A stretch of 45,427 nucleotides of DNA from Chiloscyllium plagiosum (lineage: Eukaryota): assembly GCF_004010195.1 (NCBI RefSeq), contig NC_057728.1, forward strand, positions 54,102,710-54,148,136, in the 5' to 3' direction. Numbering within the stretch: the stretch's first letter is position 1; each line of letters opens with the position of its first letter. The notes under the pieces are model-generated. The model was not told the DNA's origin and made no database searches. It was given only the letters and a program-made list of their open reading frames with translations. A program made the position numbers and the translations under genes. Below, in pieces: positions 11,615 to 23,919 of this stretch.

Positions 11615-11831
11615 CTCCATCACCAACTATCCACTTACTCTTTCCCTCCCCATCGCCAACATCAGCACAAATATCACCTTTTCCCAGCTACTGTTAGTTC
11701 TGAAGAAGTCACTTGACTTAAAACATTAACTCTGTTTTCTCTGCACAGATACTGCCAGGCCTGCTGTGTTTCTCCAGCAATTTCTGTTTTTATGTGCTTC
11801 AGATCTCCAGCATCCGCAATTCTTTGTTTTA
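11615..11831 (+). mobile_element. Penelope-like terminal repeat with hammerhead remnant (11696-11731)
   Basis: AGTT-CTGAAGA-AGTC-ACTT-GACT-T-AAAA-CATT-AACT, then cacagatactgccaggcctgctg...tctccagcatccgca. Confidence 0.72.
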
Positions 11832-12420
11832 GTTTATTACATTAGCATTTGAGTGACTCATTAGAACCATCCCAGGGTCAGTCAATACATTTTTATTAAT
11901 CGATTAAGTCTCACCAACTGCTGTTGTGTGATTTTAACCCATGCCCTCAATGCTTTATTCTGTGTCTATCACCGAATCCAGTGATACAACCACCCCTCTC
12001 CCCAAATGTTATAATTACATCACAGCTTCTTGTATTCATTCCATTTTGGGGCATTTTCTAAAATACAACTGCTGTGTAGTTAGTATAGTTAGTGGAATCA
12101 CCTACAGAGATGAGGGACAAACTACATCACAAGAATTGTTTCTCAAGCTTGTCATTTCAGAAGTAACTATTGCATTGTAATAATGTTGCAGCAATTATAT
12201 TGTCATATTCAACAAAAGAATCTTGTGTAAAACAGAGCATAATCCACAAGGATCATTGACAATATTGATCATCTCAACTCTGTAGTATTCAGCCAAACAA
12301 GTCAACTGTGCAATAAAATGGTCCTCAAGTCCCAAGGTAGCATGAAAATAGGTCAATCTTATGTTCACTGTTTCTGTAAGCACACATTTTTCTTTCACTC
12401 AGCGCAAACCCCAATGAATC

Positions 12421-12712
12421 AAAATACTGCAGATACTGAAAAGGAAAGCTGGAATAAAATGACAATGTGCTGAGAAAGCTTATCATCTGTGGAAAGAGAA
12501 ACAAAGTCAATGTTTCCAGTTGAATAGAACCCTTCTTCAAATTCTGTTTTTGAAGTACCTTAATAGTTGTTTGAGACTGACAAATTTCTCTTCGCAAGCA
12601 ACAATGTAGATTCCTGAGTGGAGACATTTTGGTCACTTGTGGCCTGAAATGTTTTTCTCTCTCCACAGATGCTATCAGACACGCTGAGTATTTCTGGTAT
12701 TTTCTGTATTTT
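12421..12712. mobile_element. Inverted pair of Penelope-like terminal repeats
   Basis: 12484-12501 catctgtggaaagagaaa is the reverse complement (17/18) of 12654-12671 tttctctctccacagatg. Degenerate hammerhead remnants lie at the inner ends. Confidence 0.65.
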
Positions 12713-14329
12713 ATTGAAACACAACTTGACTTCAACATACAACTAGACTGCCAAACAGAGAAAATGAATCTTAGATCTTAAAGAAACCAAATCACTGAAA
12801 ATTAGAATGATGTGAATGACAAAAGAAGCTTTACTGTTACGTTTGTTTAAATTATAATCTAAAATGCTGTAATGCGGTGTTACAACCAGTTCCCTGATGA
12901 GGCTCCTCAATTTGTTACAGTTATGACAGGATACTCTATCTCATGAAGTTTTTGGATGAGGATGAATGAACTATTTCCCTTTCTAAATTTACCTGACCCC
13001 TTGTTTTTTTGCAACTAGATTATTTGAAAAATGATCCCCTCCCTTGCGGATATCTTTATTCAAGAGGAAATTCATTTATCTTTTAAAGAAGCCAATTTAA
13101 CCAGGCTTCATGACAAATCAGTGAGTTATTCGTTACTGAACATGAGAAGAAATACACCACACATAAATTAGGAATAAGAAGTGAGTCCAAAAATGGTTAA
13201 AAATAGGTGTACAGCTCAGTCTGTGAGTTGCTCATGAAGAACATGTGGCCTTCACATTGCATGTTATTGGTCATGTGGACATTGGTAGTTACACAATTAA
13301 TTTTGAGATCTTTGCCTTACAGTATTTGCAGGTTGGCTGAAATTCTTTTGTCCAAGTAATGGGCTGGCAGCACTTAAGGACAATGACTGTTCCCTTCTTT
13401 TATCTGCAGCGCATTATGTTTAATGGCTGTTCTCAAATTGTGATCCTCACTGCACACCAGTCCACATAGTAATACATCAGACCAATAGCACCCCAGAACA
13501 TGGGTTACATTCAATGTTTAACTATTTAATTTCCCTTGAAGGATAAAACACAAACGTATTTGCAGAAGATGACTTTCTGCTGAGAGGGGTAGTCAACCTC
13601 TTAACCTCCTTGTTAGTCTTTCTGTTGCAGCTTTCCAGACTCTGTTTAGGTGTGACATTCCTCAGATCCATACTATACACTGTCAGTCACTGAATTTACA
13701 TTTGCAGTCAACTTTAGCAGTAGCAGTCCCATTTAAAAAAAATACTTTTTAAGTACTTTGGGACTCTAAACCTTTATCATGACTTTGGTATTTATTAAGT
13801 TTCAATGTGTTCGCATATAAAATAATTCAATGCCTAACTACCTCAGTCAGTCGGGTATGAGACCTGGGGGCTGTGGGTTTGGGCTCCACATTGAACACTG
13901 TTGTTCAGATGGTCTTTTGGTACCGTGTTGTTGTGTATAACTTGAAGCCAGAAGGTTTGGGCTTAAATCGCACCTGTCTTGGAGGTATCATAGGATGTCT
14001 ACTCGCATTGCTTTTTCTTTGTTAAGAAAATATTTCGATATTTTATCTGAAACCAAGTGACATAAATCACAAAGACACTAAAAACGTACGTTTTAAAAGT
14101 AGTGTTGTTTTCCATTGTAAGTTATATTTTAAGCATTGTAAGTAATATTTAAAACGCTTCCCATGATCTTCAGACGGAATATAAGCCAATTCCAATTCAT
14201 GACATCAAGGGAAGCATGTCAGTATTACTGCAACAGTCAAGATGTTACACTCACACTGTATCCACACTCTGCAATAAACACTAACAGAGATATCGACTTA
14301 ATAAATATTAACAGAGCTATTTTGCACAG

Positions 14330-14780
14330 CAGACGATTCTGCGGAGCCGGTTAACAACGATCGAAAGGGACAACTTAATGTTGCAAAAATCCAAAGATTT
14401 GCGTTGCATAGGCGGGCTGGCCATGGGACGAGCTGTCAATCAGCCCGCTCAACGCGTGCGCGAGAGGTGCCGGCGGCGGCGCGGAGAAGGGCGGGGCCCC
14501 GACGCGTCAGAAAGGCGGGGCTTCATCGACGTCATGGAAACAATTACGTCAGTCTGTTCCCCGCCCCCCGCCTGCCGCAGACCTCCAGGAACCACGCCCC
14601 CTGGAGGCGGGGAGGTGGAGGCTGGCGATCGGACGGAACGAGCCGGGCCTCGCTCTCCAATGGCGAGGCGGGCCCGGCACTCACGTGATGCGGCCGGCGG
14701 CGGGAGGCGGGTTCGGGTTGAGTGGGGGGGGGGAGGGAAGAGAGAGGGTGAATGTGTGTGTGAGAGAGAGAGAGAGTGGG
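14330..14780 (+). promoter_or_regulatory. CpG-island promoter of the ATP2B gene
   Basis: The only strongly GC- and CpG-rich segment in the window. GC boxes at 14489-14496, 14513-14520, 14559-14566 and 14604-14612; CRE-like CGACGTCA 14527-14534 and TTACGTCA 14544-14551; CCAAT 14657-14661; E-box TCACGTGA 14681-14688; no evident TATA box. Confidence 0.8.
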
Positions 14781-15439
14781 GGAGGGGTTAGGAAAGGGAG
14801 AGAGAAAAAAGGAACTGCTAGTGCCCCTTCCTCTTGCTCGAGTTAGTCTAATGTGTTCAGCCTGACTTTCTTCATCCACCTGTTTGCAATAGGCCTCGAT
14901 TTCCCCCACCCCTCCCCTACACACACAAACAACATCCCCCTCCCTCCCACCTCACCAACCTTTAATAAACAGCCTCAGGATTGATGGGGCTTGTGCTTGA
15001 AGCAGCCTCCAAGCGGGTCAGTCAGGAACTGGCCTGTTGCTGAGGGACAGGGGGAGGTAGGTAGCCAGCCCTCACTCGAGGCAATAGTCTCAACTTTACC
15101 GCCCTCTCCCTCCCCCCACTTTCGCTTTAAAGCCGAGCTAAGCGACCGATATACTTGAATTTGGGCTGCAACGTGACACTGAAACCGGGGACGGCCTCTA
15201 CTCTTTTTAGTTGCGGTTGTTAAGTTTATTTTTTTTTGGCTGGAGGTCAGAGGGTAAAGGGCAGAACCCCCACCCCCTGCCGGCAGCAGGTCCGCCCAGG
15301 GCTGTCCTGACCTGGAAGCAGGAGAAAAGAAGGGGGTGTTTAAAAACAAAGTTCTATTAGTAGGATTTCTTTCTTTCTTCTCTCTCTGTGCTCAGCTTCT
15401 ATATGTCTCGCTGTCTGCAGGGGGATTTTTTTGCACCAG
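14720..15439 (+). other. Putative non-coding exon 1 (5' UTR); transcription start approximate
   Basis: Lies directly after the promoter motifs and ends at a near-consensus donor CAG|GTAAGC (15439/15440). Vertebrate ATP2B genes have an untranslated first exon and a long first intron. The start coordinate is a guess. Confidence 0.55.
14753..14776. repeat. Compound (TG)n(AG)n microsatellite
   Basis: tgtgtgtgtgagagagagagagag read directly. Confidence 0.85.
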
Positions 15440-18400
15440 GTAAGCGCTCGTGGCTCTTTTGTGTATGGCTTTCGCTCTCGTATTAGGAGAATATAATTTT
15501 ATTTCAACCTGTACGCTTTTAGAGAGCTGGTTTGCCTATCGAGCCTTTTCATCGTGTAAGCAAATTGCCACTTATGTTTTGCATGAGGCTATTCTGTAAT
15601 GAAGCCTGAGCTGTGCGGATCCGAGATAATCGTCTGTGCTTGTTTACTGGGTTCATGACTTAAAAACGTCTATCCTCAGTTTTGTCGATATTTGTCTGAT
15701 GCATTTTTTAAACTACCGTTTTCACTGAAATTTAAGCTTTGGTTTTAACTCAGATGCTCTGTTAGTTAAAACCCAAGAGCTCTCTTGACCTTGAATGAAA
15801 TTGATTCCACTTCACCCACCTAGCTCGCTCCACAGCTGCTGCCTGTCTCTCTCTGTTCCTGCCTGGTGTGGGATTTGGGTTCCATGTTCTGCCGCCTAGT
15901 ATTGGAAGTGGACGAATGAGCGGGGTTTCCCCGGCTCGCGTGTCTTTTTTAATAACCGGTTTTCACTTCCATCTGGTGGATCACTTGTGGAACTAACTTG
16001 TGCGAAAATGAAGTGTTTATTCCGAGCTTCAAAAGGCTGCTATCCTGAGTCCGAATGGGTTGCAAAATCGGTCGAATTATGTAACAGGTATATTTTAGGA
16101 AGAATACTCAACGCGTACTTGGGACAGTAAGATAGGTACGGGTTTGAACTTTTCGAAAAACCTCTTGTCTGAATCTGTGCGGTTGCCTATGTTCTGAATT
16201 CTCCCCCCGGTGGAGATGTCTCTTTCGGAAAAGCTTCCAGACCTCCATCAAATGGCAACACCCTTATACCTGTGCCGGTTTCACATCCTTCTAATCATCC
16301 ATCTTGTACCAACGTCTGTAATTATATCCGTATTTATAAGACGTAAGTTCCTTCATGAATCATCCTTGAGCAGGGTTGGTGGCCCGATGCTAGTTCAGCC
16401 CAAACGACTAGATGTTGGGTTGTGGTTGTGCCGGTATTATATAGTATTGTGTTCTATTGATGATCGATCTTGGCGTGTGGTAAGTACTTTCAGTATAAAT
16501 TAAGATTTTTACCCAACGGCTTTCATTTTCCCCATTAGAAACGACTGCGCGGGGTATAGTGTCTGAATATCCATTTGATGTTTTGCTTGTTACAATTGTC
16601 CATTACGTTCCGAAAAGTGTCCCCGGTTGGGCTCAATGTGGACTCGAAAGGCACGTGGATTTGAACCAAGCTAATCTTAAAGCCTTAGACTCTGGTTTCT
16701 AGGTTTTTTTCTTTGGTATGGAAAATGTTTGAACACTTCTAAATAAGAAAACTGTTGCCTCGTTTATTGAGGAAGATGTGCTATCTAGAGAGGTGCTAGC
16801 ATTTGACATTTCCGAATAACATGTAACGAATTGTAGCTTTCTGAAGGGCTGATAGTTGATGGCAGACCAAACCTGGATTAATCGCAGGAAGTCTGATGGG
16901 GCACCCTTTCAGGGCAGGGATCTTAAATTCTGTGAGCCCCTTGCGACTGAGGAACTAGGCTAGCGCAGACGTTTTGTGGTTCATAGTTCCTGTTTAGAAA
17001 GTTGAACGCGAGTGTGGATTTATATCTGCCCACATCTCTCCAACTGAGGGTGAGCTAATTTTGAAAATGGGCATATCAAGTGAGTGGAGTAAAGGCTCGA
17101 GAAACTTGGTTTTCGTTAACCAAGCACGTGGTCTGTTCCGGGGAATGTTTTAGAGTTCAGTGTTATAGAAATCTTTTCGGATAGGGAATCAGTTGGGTAT
17201 TTTTTAATGTGTTTTTGTAGTGCCATCTTCCTCCTGTCTAGAAATAGTGACTACTTTTGCCGGAAGGTGTTGCGCCATCGGTCACTGATCACACACGAGG
17301 ACCATCCGACTCCAACTAAACTGTGGCTGAGTTCACTCCTGACTGGGAACAGTATTATATTTACAGAATAGGGACGTTGATTTTTCTTGTAAATGGCGGC
17401 TGAAGTATTTGATATTCAGAAGCATGGCCGCACTGCACACATGTTCATTTCTCAATGGTGGGTCAACTCATTGCAGCAAGTTAACTAGTCTACCTATGTT
17501 TGATTAATTGCTTATGCAGTCATATTTGGGATTAACAAAAAAATTTTTATTTGTGGCCTTTAATGGTACCAGGTGCCTTAGGTTAACCTCTTATGTGATA
17601 ACCAAGCCTCTTCCCTGCAAATAACTGTTATCGCATAACTTAACGTTCAAGCTGTTAGTCATAGTCTGAAGAAGATTGTTTGCAGGTTTAAATTTTAAAG
17701 TACATGTTAAAACTGAGATCTCTAAATATTTTTCTATCAAAATAATCTTTAGCCTCAATGGTATTAAAGCTGATTTTCATCAAACTTGTTTAGCTGTAAT
17801 TTGCATGTTTATACTTGCATTGAAATAGTTTTGCAAGCCACGCTGTATGTATTGCCTGTGTTTTTTTCCTGTGTTCTGGGGATCTAATTTTATAACTCAG
17901 CTTAAATTAGGGTCTAGCAATTACAGCCTGCACTGAAAGTAGCAGTACTTATCACTTAGAAAAAAAACTAGACCATTTGAGGCTTTTGAAAACAAGTTCA
18001 AGCATTCCCTAATGTAAATAAACCCTGAGTTGATTGCAATTAACTTTTACCTGTATTAACTCTAATCATTTTGAAGGGATTCACATTTGTATTTGACTTG
18101 CTAATGTTAGCCTCCAACCAACATACCATTCAGTAGTCATTCATGTAGATTCCAATATCGTAAAGTTTTTCCAGAAGAGAGGATTGTACACTTTATGGAT
18201 TTGGGTGGGGATAACAAAGTAGGGAAAAGCTGGTCCAACTCAGTCACTGACCTGGGATAAAAGTGAGTAGTATGTATTTGAATAATATGAAAGTTGGTAT
18301 GTATGATTTCTTTGCAGGCACAGGTTTAGCTTTTTTTAAATTAAACAGTCAAATGTTTGCTTCAAGAATACAGTTGCTGATAAATTTTTGAAAGTGATTC

Positions 18401-19034
18401 CATCTAGAGTTTTCAGTCAGTTTTTGTTTTAATATACTTAGTGTATTGCAGAAGGGCCTGATATGAATGGATATGTCCCATTCTCCATTATATTTGCTGC
18501 ATTGTTGTTTTTATCATGGCCAATAAGTCAGTGCTGTTAGAAGCAAAGACAGGATGCGATGCAGACCCTGAGAAGCAGGGATTCCTTCTATTGATGGTGA
18601 CAAATAGATGCTGTCAGCAATACTAGATTTTTGCAGACTTTTCTTTCAGACTATTGCGTTTTACATTGTGGTTATGTGGGCACTGTGCAGGAAGTTTGGC
18701 ACGTGTTTTTCACCTGTCACAACTTCTACACTGAACCCTGTCAAATGTAAATTTAATTAAGCCATAGATGTAACCAAAAAGGGACATCTTTAACTCTGAA
18801 AAATGTTCTGTTTATTTCAATAAGTGTAATAAAAGATTGTCTCCCTATTGGTCATGCAGTGTTTGGTCATCCTTGTCCCACTTTCCACACTCCTGAATTT
18901 CTCTACCTAATTATTTCCCCTTTTTTTTTGTGCCCTGTTCTCAATTGTTTCTTGAGCCAGGATCTCTTGGATGTTGGTGATAACTGAAATGCAAGACTTC
19001 TCTAACTTTAGGACAGGTTGCTGAGGCAGCAAAT

Positions 19035-19205
19035 TTGTGGTGAAGTGGTGAAGGCTGGGACAAGTGCAATGTTCAAAAGGCATCTGGGTGGGTATATGAA
19101 TAGGAAGCATTTGAGGGATATGGGCCTTGTGTTGGCAAATGGGGCTAGATTAGGTTGGAATATTTGGTCGGTATGGGCGAGTTGGTCTCTGTGCTGTACA
19201 TCTGA
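19035..19205 (+). mobile_element. CR1 3'-end fragment
   Basis: EVVKAGTSAMFKRHLGGYMNRKHLRDMG (CR1 ORF2 terminus) followed by the 3' UTR. Confidence 0.8.
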
Positions 19206-19944
19206 CTAAGTATATATGTGGTTTGTGCAGTTTTGAGTTCATACTAACACTGGTCATTTTGGGATCACTTTTTCATTTAAAGTGATTTGCCTAATGTTAT
19301 TTCTAATTTAAGGAAAGGAATACATATGGAGTTTGATAATCCTAAATGCATTTGAATATCAAATGGGGACGCTAGTGCCAGCAGCAGAAGTAATCTAGTC
19401 TTAACAATATGCTGCAGGTTTTGTAAAAGTACTGAGATCTTGTTTTCATATGTTTCTAGCTGCAAAAACATTAGTTTGGAGTGGTTGAAAAAGTGTTTCC
19501 AGTATGGCTGGAAGCTTAATTTAAAAACTGAAATGAAAACAAATGTTGAGGATATTTGGGTCCTGAAGTGTTAAATCATCCTGTATCAACTTCCTACAAT
19601 TGCTGCCCAGCCTGTGAAATATTTCCAGTACTCGTCAGATTTGCAGCAGCAGTATTTTTGATTTTAAATTACAGTTGGCAAATTGTTTCATTGAAGCCAA
19701 ATTGCACACTTTATGCAATTTGACTGGTTTGATCATTTTCTTTTTGGTATGGGTCAGTGTTTACATTGCTTTCATAAGGATGTGCCACAGTGCAAGCTTT
19801 TGAAGGTAAGCTGGCAGTTGTCATTGCTGTTAAGTTGTTGGAAGATTAAACTTTGTGTTAAATGAATATCTGAAATCCGTCATTGATTATCAAATCTTTA
19901 AGTGGTCATATTCAAGAGTTTTCATCCTGTTCCCTTCTACTGGG

Positions 19945-20300
19945 GAGACAGTCACACCGTAGTAATATCTCTTGTAATCCTGAGTGCTGGGCTGATGTAA
20001 CAAGAGTTCAGTTCCCACCTTGACAGCTGATTGGAGTTTTGAGCTTAATTAGCAAGAAATCTAAGCTGAAAGCTAGCCTCTAACAGCTTTTTGTTTTTAA
20101 ATTTAAAAAAAAATCTGCCTGGATCACTAGCCTCTTGTTTTAGGTAAATCTGTTTCTTACTGGTCTGCTCTACATGTGACCTCAAGCCCCTTCACGATGA
20201 TTCCAAGTCTTCTGAAATGATTGAGGAATCCATGTAGTTCAAAGTCAAATTGGGAGTGGACGGCAAATAATCTTGACAGTTATATTCCATCTGTGGAAGA
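19945..20300 (+). mobile_element. Degenerate tRNA-derived SINE (same family as 6440-6766)
   Basis: gagttcagttcccacc box B-like motif; cttactggtctgctctacatgtgacctc body motif. Confidence 0.5.
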
Positions 20301-22569
20301 ACAAATTTCTGTCTTGCCTTTGTTCTTTTGATTTAACCAGTCTTGAACAGAGATCACAATCAATACCACTTTGGTACATTGACTGCACCATGTTTCCTAT
20401 TCTAGTTAGGAGTCACTTGATAGTAATGAGGAGCAAGAGCTTTTACTGTTCCTTCCCTCTTATCTCTACTAAAATCAAATATTTTTACCACCCACATAGC
20501 ATAGTAATCATACCAAAAACTTGTCTGACTTTGCCACGTAACAAAACTGGATTACAAAGCCATAAACTCACTTTCACAATAACATTGCACTGTAATTGTA
20601 ATGAAGGCAAGTTGAGATTTATTTTTACCCTGTATCTCCTAACTATGTAGTATTCTTCCAGTTGAAAGATTGCGAATTCGGATCCTAGCTTGTCTGGTCT
20701 TCAGATCTGTTTTGAGTTGCACTGAACTTTGGCTCTGCTGAAGGAAAATGTCTGGAAGACAGGTGCACTGTATACCTGTAAAGTGAACATGAGCAGTGGA
20801 GCAAAGGTGAAGAAGTATGAAGTTAATTTCATATGAAGCAATTGGTTGCAAAACTCAGGACAAGCAAATTTCAAATAGTGAAAACCCCTAAATTGGCATA
20901 GTGGGTTTTACTAGAGACAGCAGTCAGAAACTTGTTTTATTTGCGATTGTTTTACCAAAGCATGGGAAAGTCATTAATGGAGGTAATGGATTTTGAATTC
21001 TAAACTTGAAGTACAAGTGTTACAGTAATTTCTGAACTCCTGAATTCCCAAATATGGGGGTTATTCAACCCTAATACTTAGATCTACAGGGGAAAGTTTA
21101 AAATCTCCAAAGCTGCGCTTGTTACAAATTCTCAACTTTTTTTTTAGACTTTATAATGTAGATCTACTGCAGATTGGATTCATTGCAGTATAGCTTTCAT
21201 CTTGAAGATCTAGCTCCAGCTATTCATTTTCAAAAAGTACTCTAGCCAGGTAATAGCTAATGCATTTTGATCAATAATTATTTTTGCGCAAGTACTGAAG
21301 AAACTGAAGACCGATGAAATGACTTGCTTCTTGACCATTAGTGTCATCAACCTGACCTGGCCTGTTTGCTTCAATCCACTGTTAATTAATAATTGAAGTA
21401 GGCCCGTCCATATCATTATCTGATCTATCCACTGCTGTCATTCTCATGAACAGCAGTGGAAAATTAATACATTGCAAGCCTGATGCAAATTTGGTTAGAG
21501 TATACCATGACAGGCATGTAGTAAAGTTGCTTTGTTAATGTACATGGGGTGTCTTTAAATTATTTGAGGACTTTTTAAGAAGCTTTGTACTCAGATGTAT
21601 TTGAAATTCTAATCACTTGAGGTAACTGCTTGTTCTACTACTTTTTCTGAAATACTTGGCTGGCCTTTTACTAGGTCAGGAGATTTTTGATTTATGGGTT
21701 AAGTTTTTTTTTTCTTCGAGACAGGTTGCTGTATCTTGAAACAATTTGAGGGAGCTTCTTTTAAAAAGAAAAATCAGTTTTTGTCCTTAAGAACGCTTTA
21801 CACTAACTGCTAATGAATGAGATTTTGCTGATTGACCAATAACCATACTTTCTGCACTGACACAATTTTGTCTTTTGCATGAAGCAAAATCTAAGTACTG
21901 AATTCCTTTTTTTTTCTAAAGGGATTATACAATTTTTCCGTCAATGTGTAAAGGTTGATTTGATTGGGGTAATGGAGGAAAACAGTTACTGATCGAAGAT
22001 GTGCAAATTGTTTCTACAAGGTTTTGTAATTGAACCTTCAGAATTTAATGGTGTTTAAAAATAGACTTCAAGATTTTTGGTTCCAATTTTTAGTTTGTTC
22101 CTTTTCTTTGAGCTGGCTTAGTTTTGAAATTTTGAGTACTAAGTGTGCAACCAAGCAAAAAAGTAACCTCCTGACTATTAACTCGTGTTTATCATATGGA
22201 TTTGTAAGAAAGCTGGCAATCTTCTGTAAAAAGTACAATGAACACTGCTTCACTGAATTGCACTTCATTGTCAAAGTCTGCAATCTTCAGTGCAGAGAAT
22301 TTTAACTGACATCATTGATCTATTTGGTGTTCCTGCAGGCAATTCGTGTCAGTTGCATAAAATGGAAACCTTTGGCCCAACTCCTCTATTTTGAAGTTTG
22401 GACTTTTTTTTTTTCCCTGGCTTCTGTGAAAAGGTTTCCTAGGTTAGAATAATGAGCAAGTCCTAGTTGTCAAGCACTTCAAATTTTGACAAATGTGTTT
22501 TTCAGCACAAGTATACTTTGAACCTTCAGTTTAGTAAATGCAGCATACTATAAATGATGGCAATCAGAC

Positions 22570-23285
22570 ATGGAGTGCTGGAGAAACTGATAACAACATC
22601 TGTGGCTCAATTTGTTTGGAATCCAAATGACTCTTCATAATTGCTTGGGGTTGGGAAGCTGGAGTCTTGTGCGATAGCCAAGAAGTGAGTGGAACAGAGG
22701 ATACCCAGGACAAAAGAGTGGTGGTGATAACAATAAAGATGTAAAATGAGTGGAAGTGAAAGCTGTGAAAAGGGGTGTGTCCGTTCTGCTGTGAGCAAGA
22801 TTGAGATCACAAAGCTGCAGGTGAGGACAAAATGTAAGAAATGGAGCATGGAGATCATACTCTAAGTGGAAAGTGAAGTGGTCCTCCAGCTTCCATTAAG
22901 CAACATTGGAGCTCTAGCCAGCCCAGCATGTTAGTGAGGTGGCTTATTGCCATGGTAAGCAACTGGGGGGAGGAAAGAGAGAAACTGTCACTTACAGTGA
23001 AAGTGTCTTGCACAAAGGCTATCCAGCCTGTTTGGTAATGCCAAATGTAAAAACAGAATCCTGTCAGTGGGAAGTGGTTTTGGTATCATGAAGGAGCTGG
23101 AAGTTGCAGAGGATGGACATCTCTAATATGGGCATTGGTGGAATGTGACCAGGGAACCCTATTGCTGTTGTGAGGGCAGAGTGCAGGAGATGGTTTGGAC
23201 ACAGTTGAGGGCTGTCAGTTGTGATGGGGCAAGGGGTTGGGAGAAAAGGACATGTCGGAGGCATCCTGCTAGACTAGCATTATCT
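22570..23285 (-). mobile_element. Degenerate Penelope-like element
   Basis: Begins with terminal-repeat motif gtgctggagaaact...catctgtgg. The minus frame has ILCNFQLLHDTKTTSH, like the PLE RT-endonuclease linker. Confidence 0.55.
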
Positions 23286-23514
23286 GAATAGTTAGAGCTG
23301 GAGAAAATAGGAGATTTGGAATGGAATCATCGCAGGAATCTAAGATTCTAATTGAGGTAAGCTAGAAATAATCAATGGATTTATAATGAATACTGATGGA
23401 CATCCTAACTTCCAATACAAAGTGAAGCTTGAAAGAGAAATCCTGAGATGGACGATCAGATGACATTGCTATATCTAGTCCCACATGGCATCTTCCTTGT
23501 CTTTGCAGATATAA

Positions 23515-23835
23515 TACTTGACCATTTACCACCACCTTCCTCACTAAAGTCTCCATTCGCCTTCCAGTTGAAGCAGTGTTTAACTTGCACTACTAGCAAT
23601 TTATCCTATCGGTGCAATCTCCTTCATTTGGCAAAGCCAAATGCAGACTGGGTGACTGTCATTAGGAAATCATTTGACCTAAATTGCTTGCCATTTCACT
23701 AAAGCCCCTTGCTGCCATGCTAACATTTGGGCTTGCAACAGTGTTCTAATAACTTGATGCAAGCTGGAGGAGGAACAATTCATTCTCCCTTTTTTTTTTT
23801 CAGGGGTTGACCATCTTGAGCTAGTTAACAACTTT
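23515..23835 (+). mobile_element. Degenerate Penelope GIY-YIG endonuclease fragment
   Basis: FQLKQCLTCTTSNLSY (cf. FxVRQRFTCTSxNLVY); ...agactgggtgac (RLGD); ...gcaagctggaggaggaacaattcattc (RKLEEQHLIF-like). Confidence 0.6.
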
Positions 23836-23919
23836 TAGTACATGGTTCACTTCTCGGTTTTTTTTCTTGAAGCTATATAGGAGATGAGGGATTTATGGTG
23901 GAAATTTCAGAACAGGGTC

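Noticed and set aside
12893..12915. CTGATGA motifs here and at ~28652 as hammerhead or C/D-box cores
   Set aside because: No correctly spaced stem plus GAAA and no partner box or terminal stem seen.
14113..14153. 21-bp imperfect tandem duplication upstream of the promoter
   Set aside because: Two AT-rich copies only; an ordinary slippage product.
14378..15349. ORFs of 94-137 aa over the CpG island
   Set aside because: Low-complexity R/G/P-rich frames on both strands, expected from stop-codon scarcity in GC-rich DNA; no recognisable domain.
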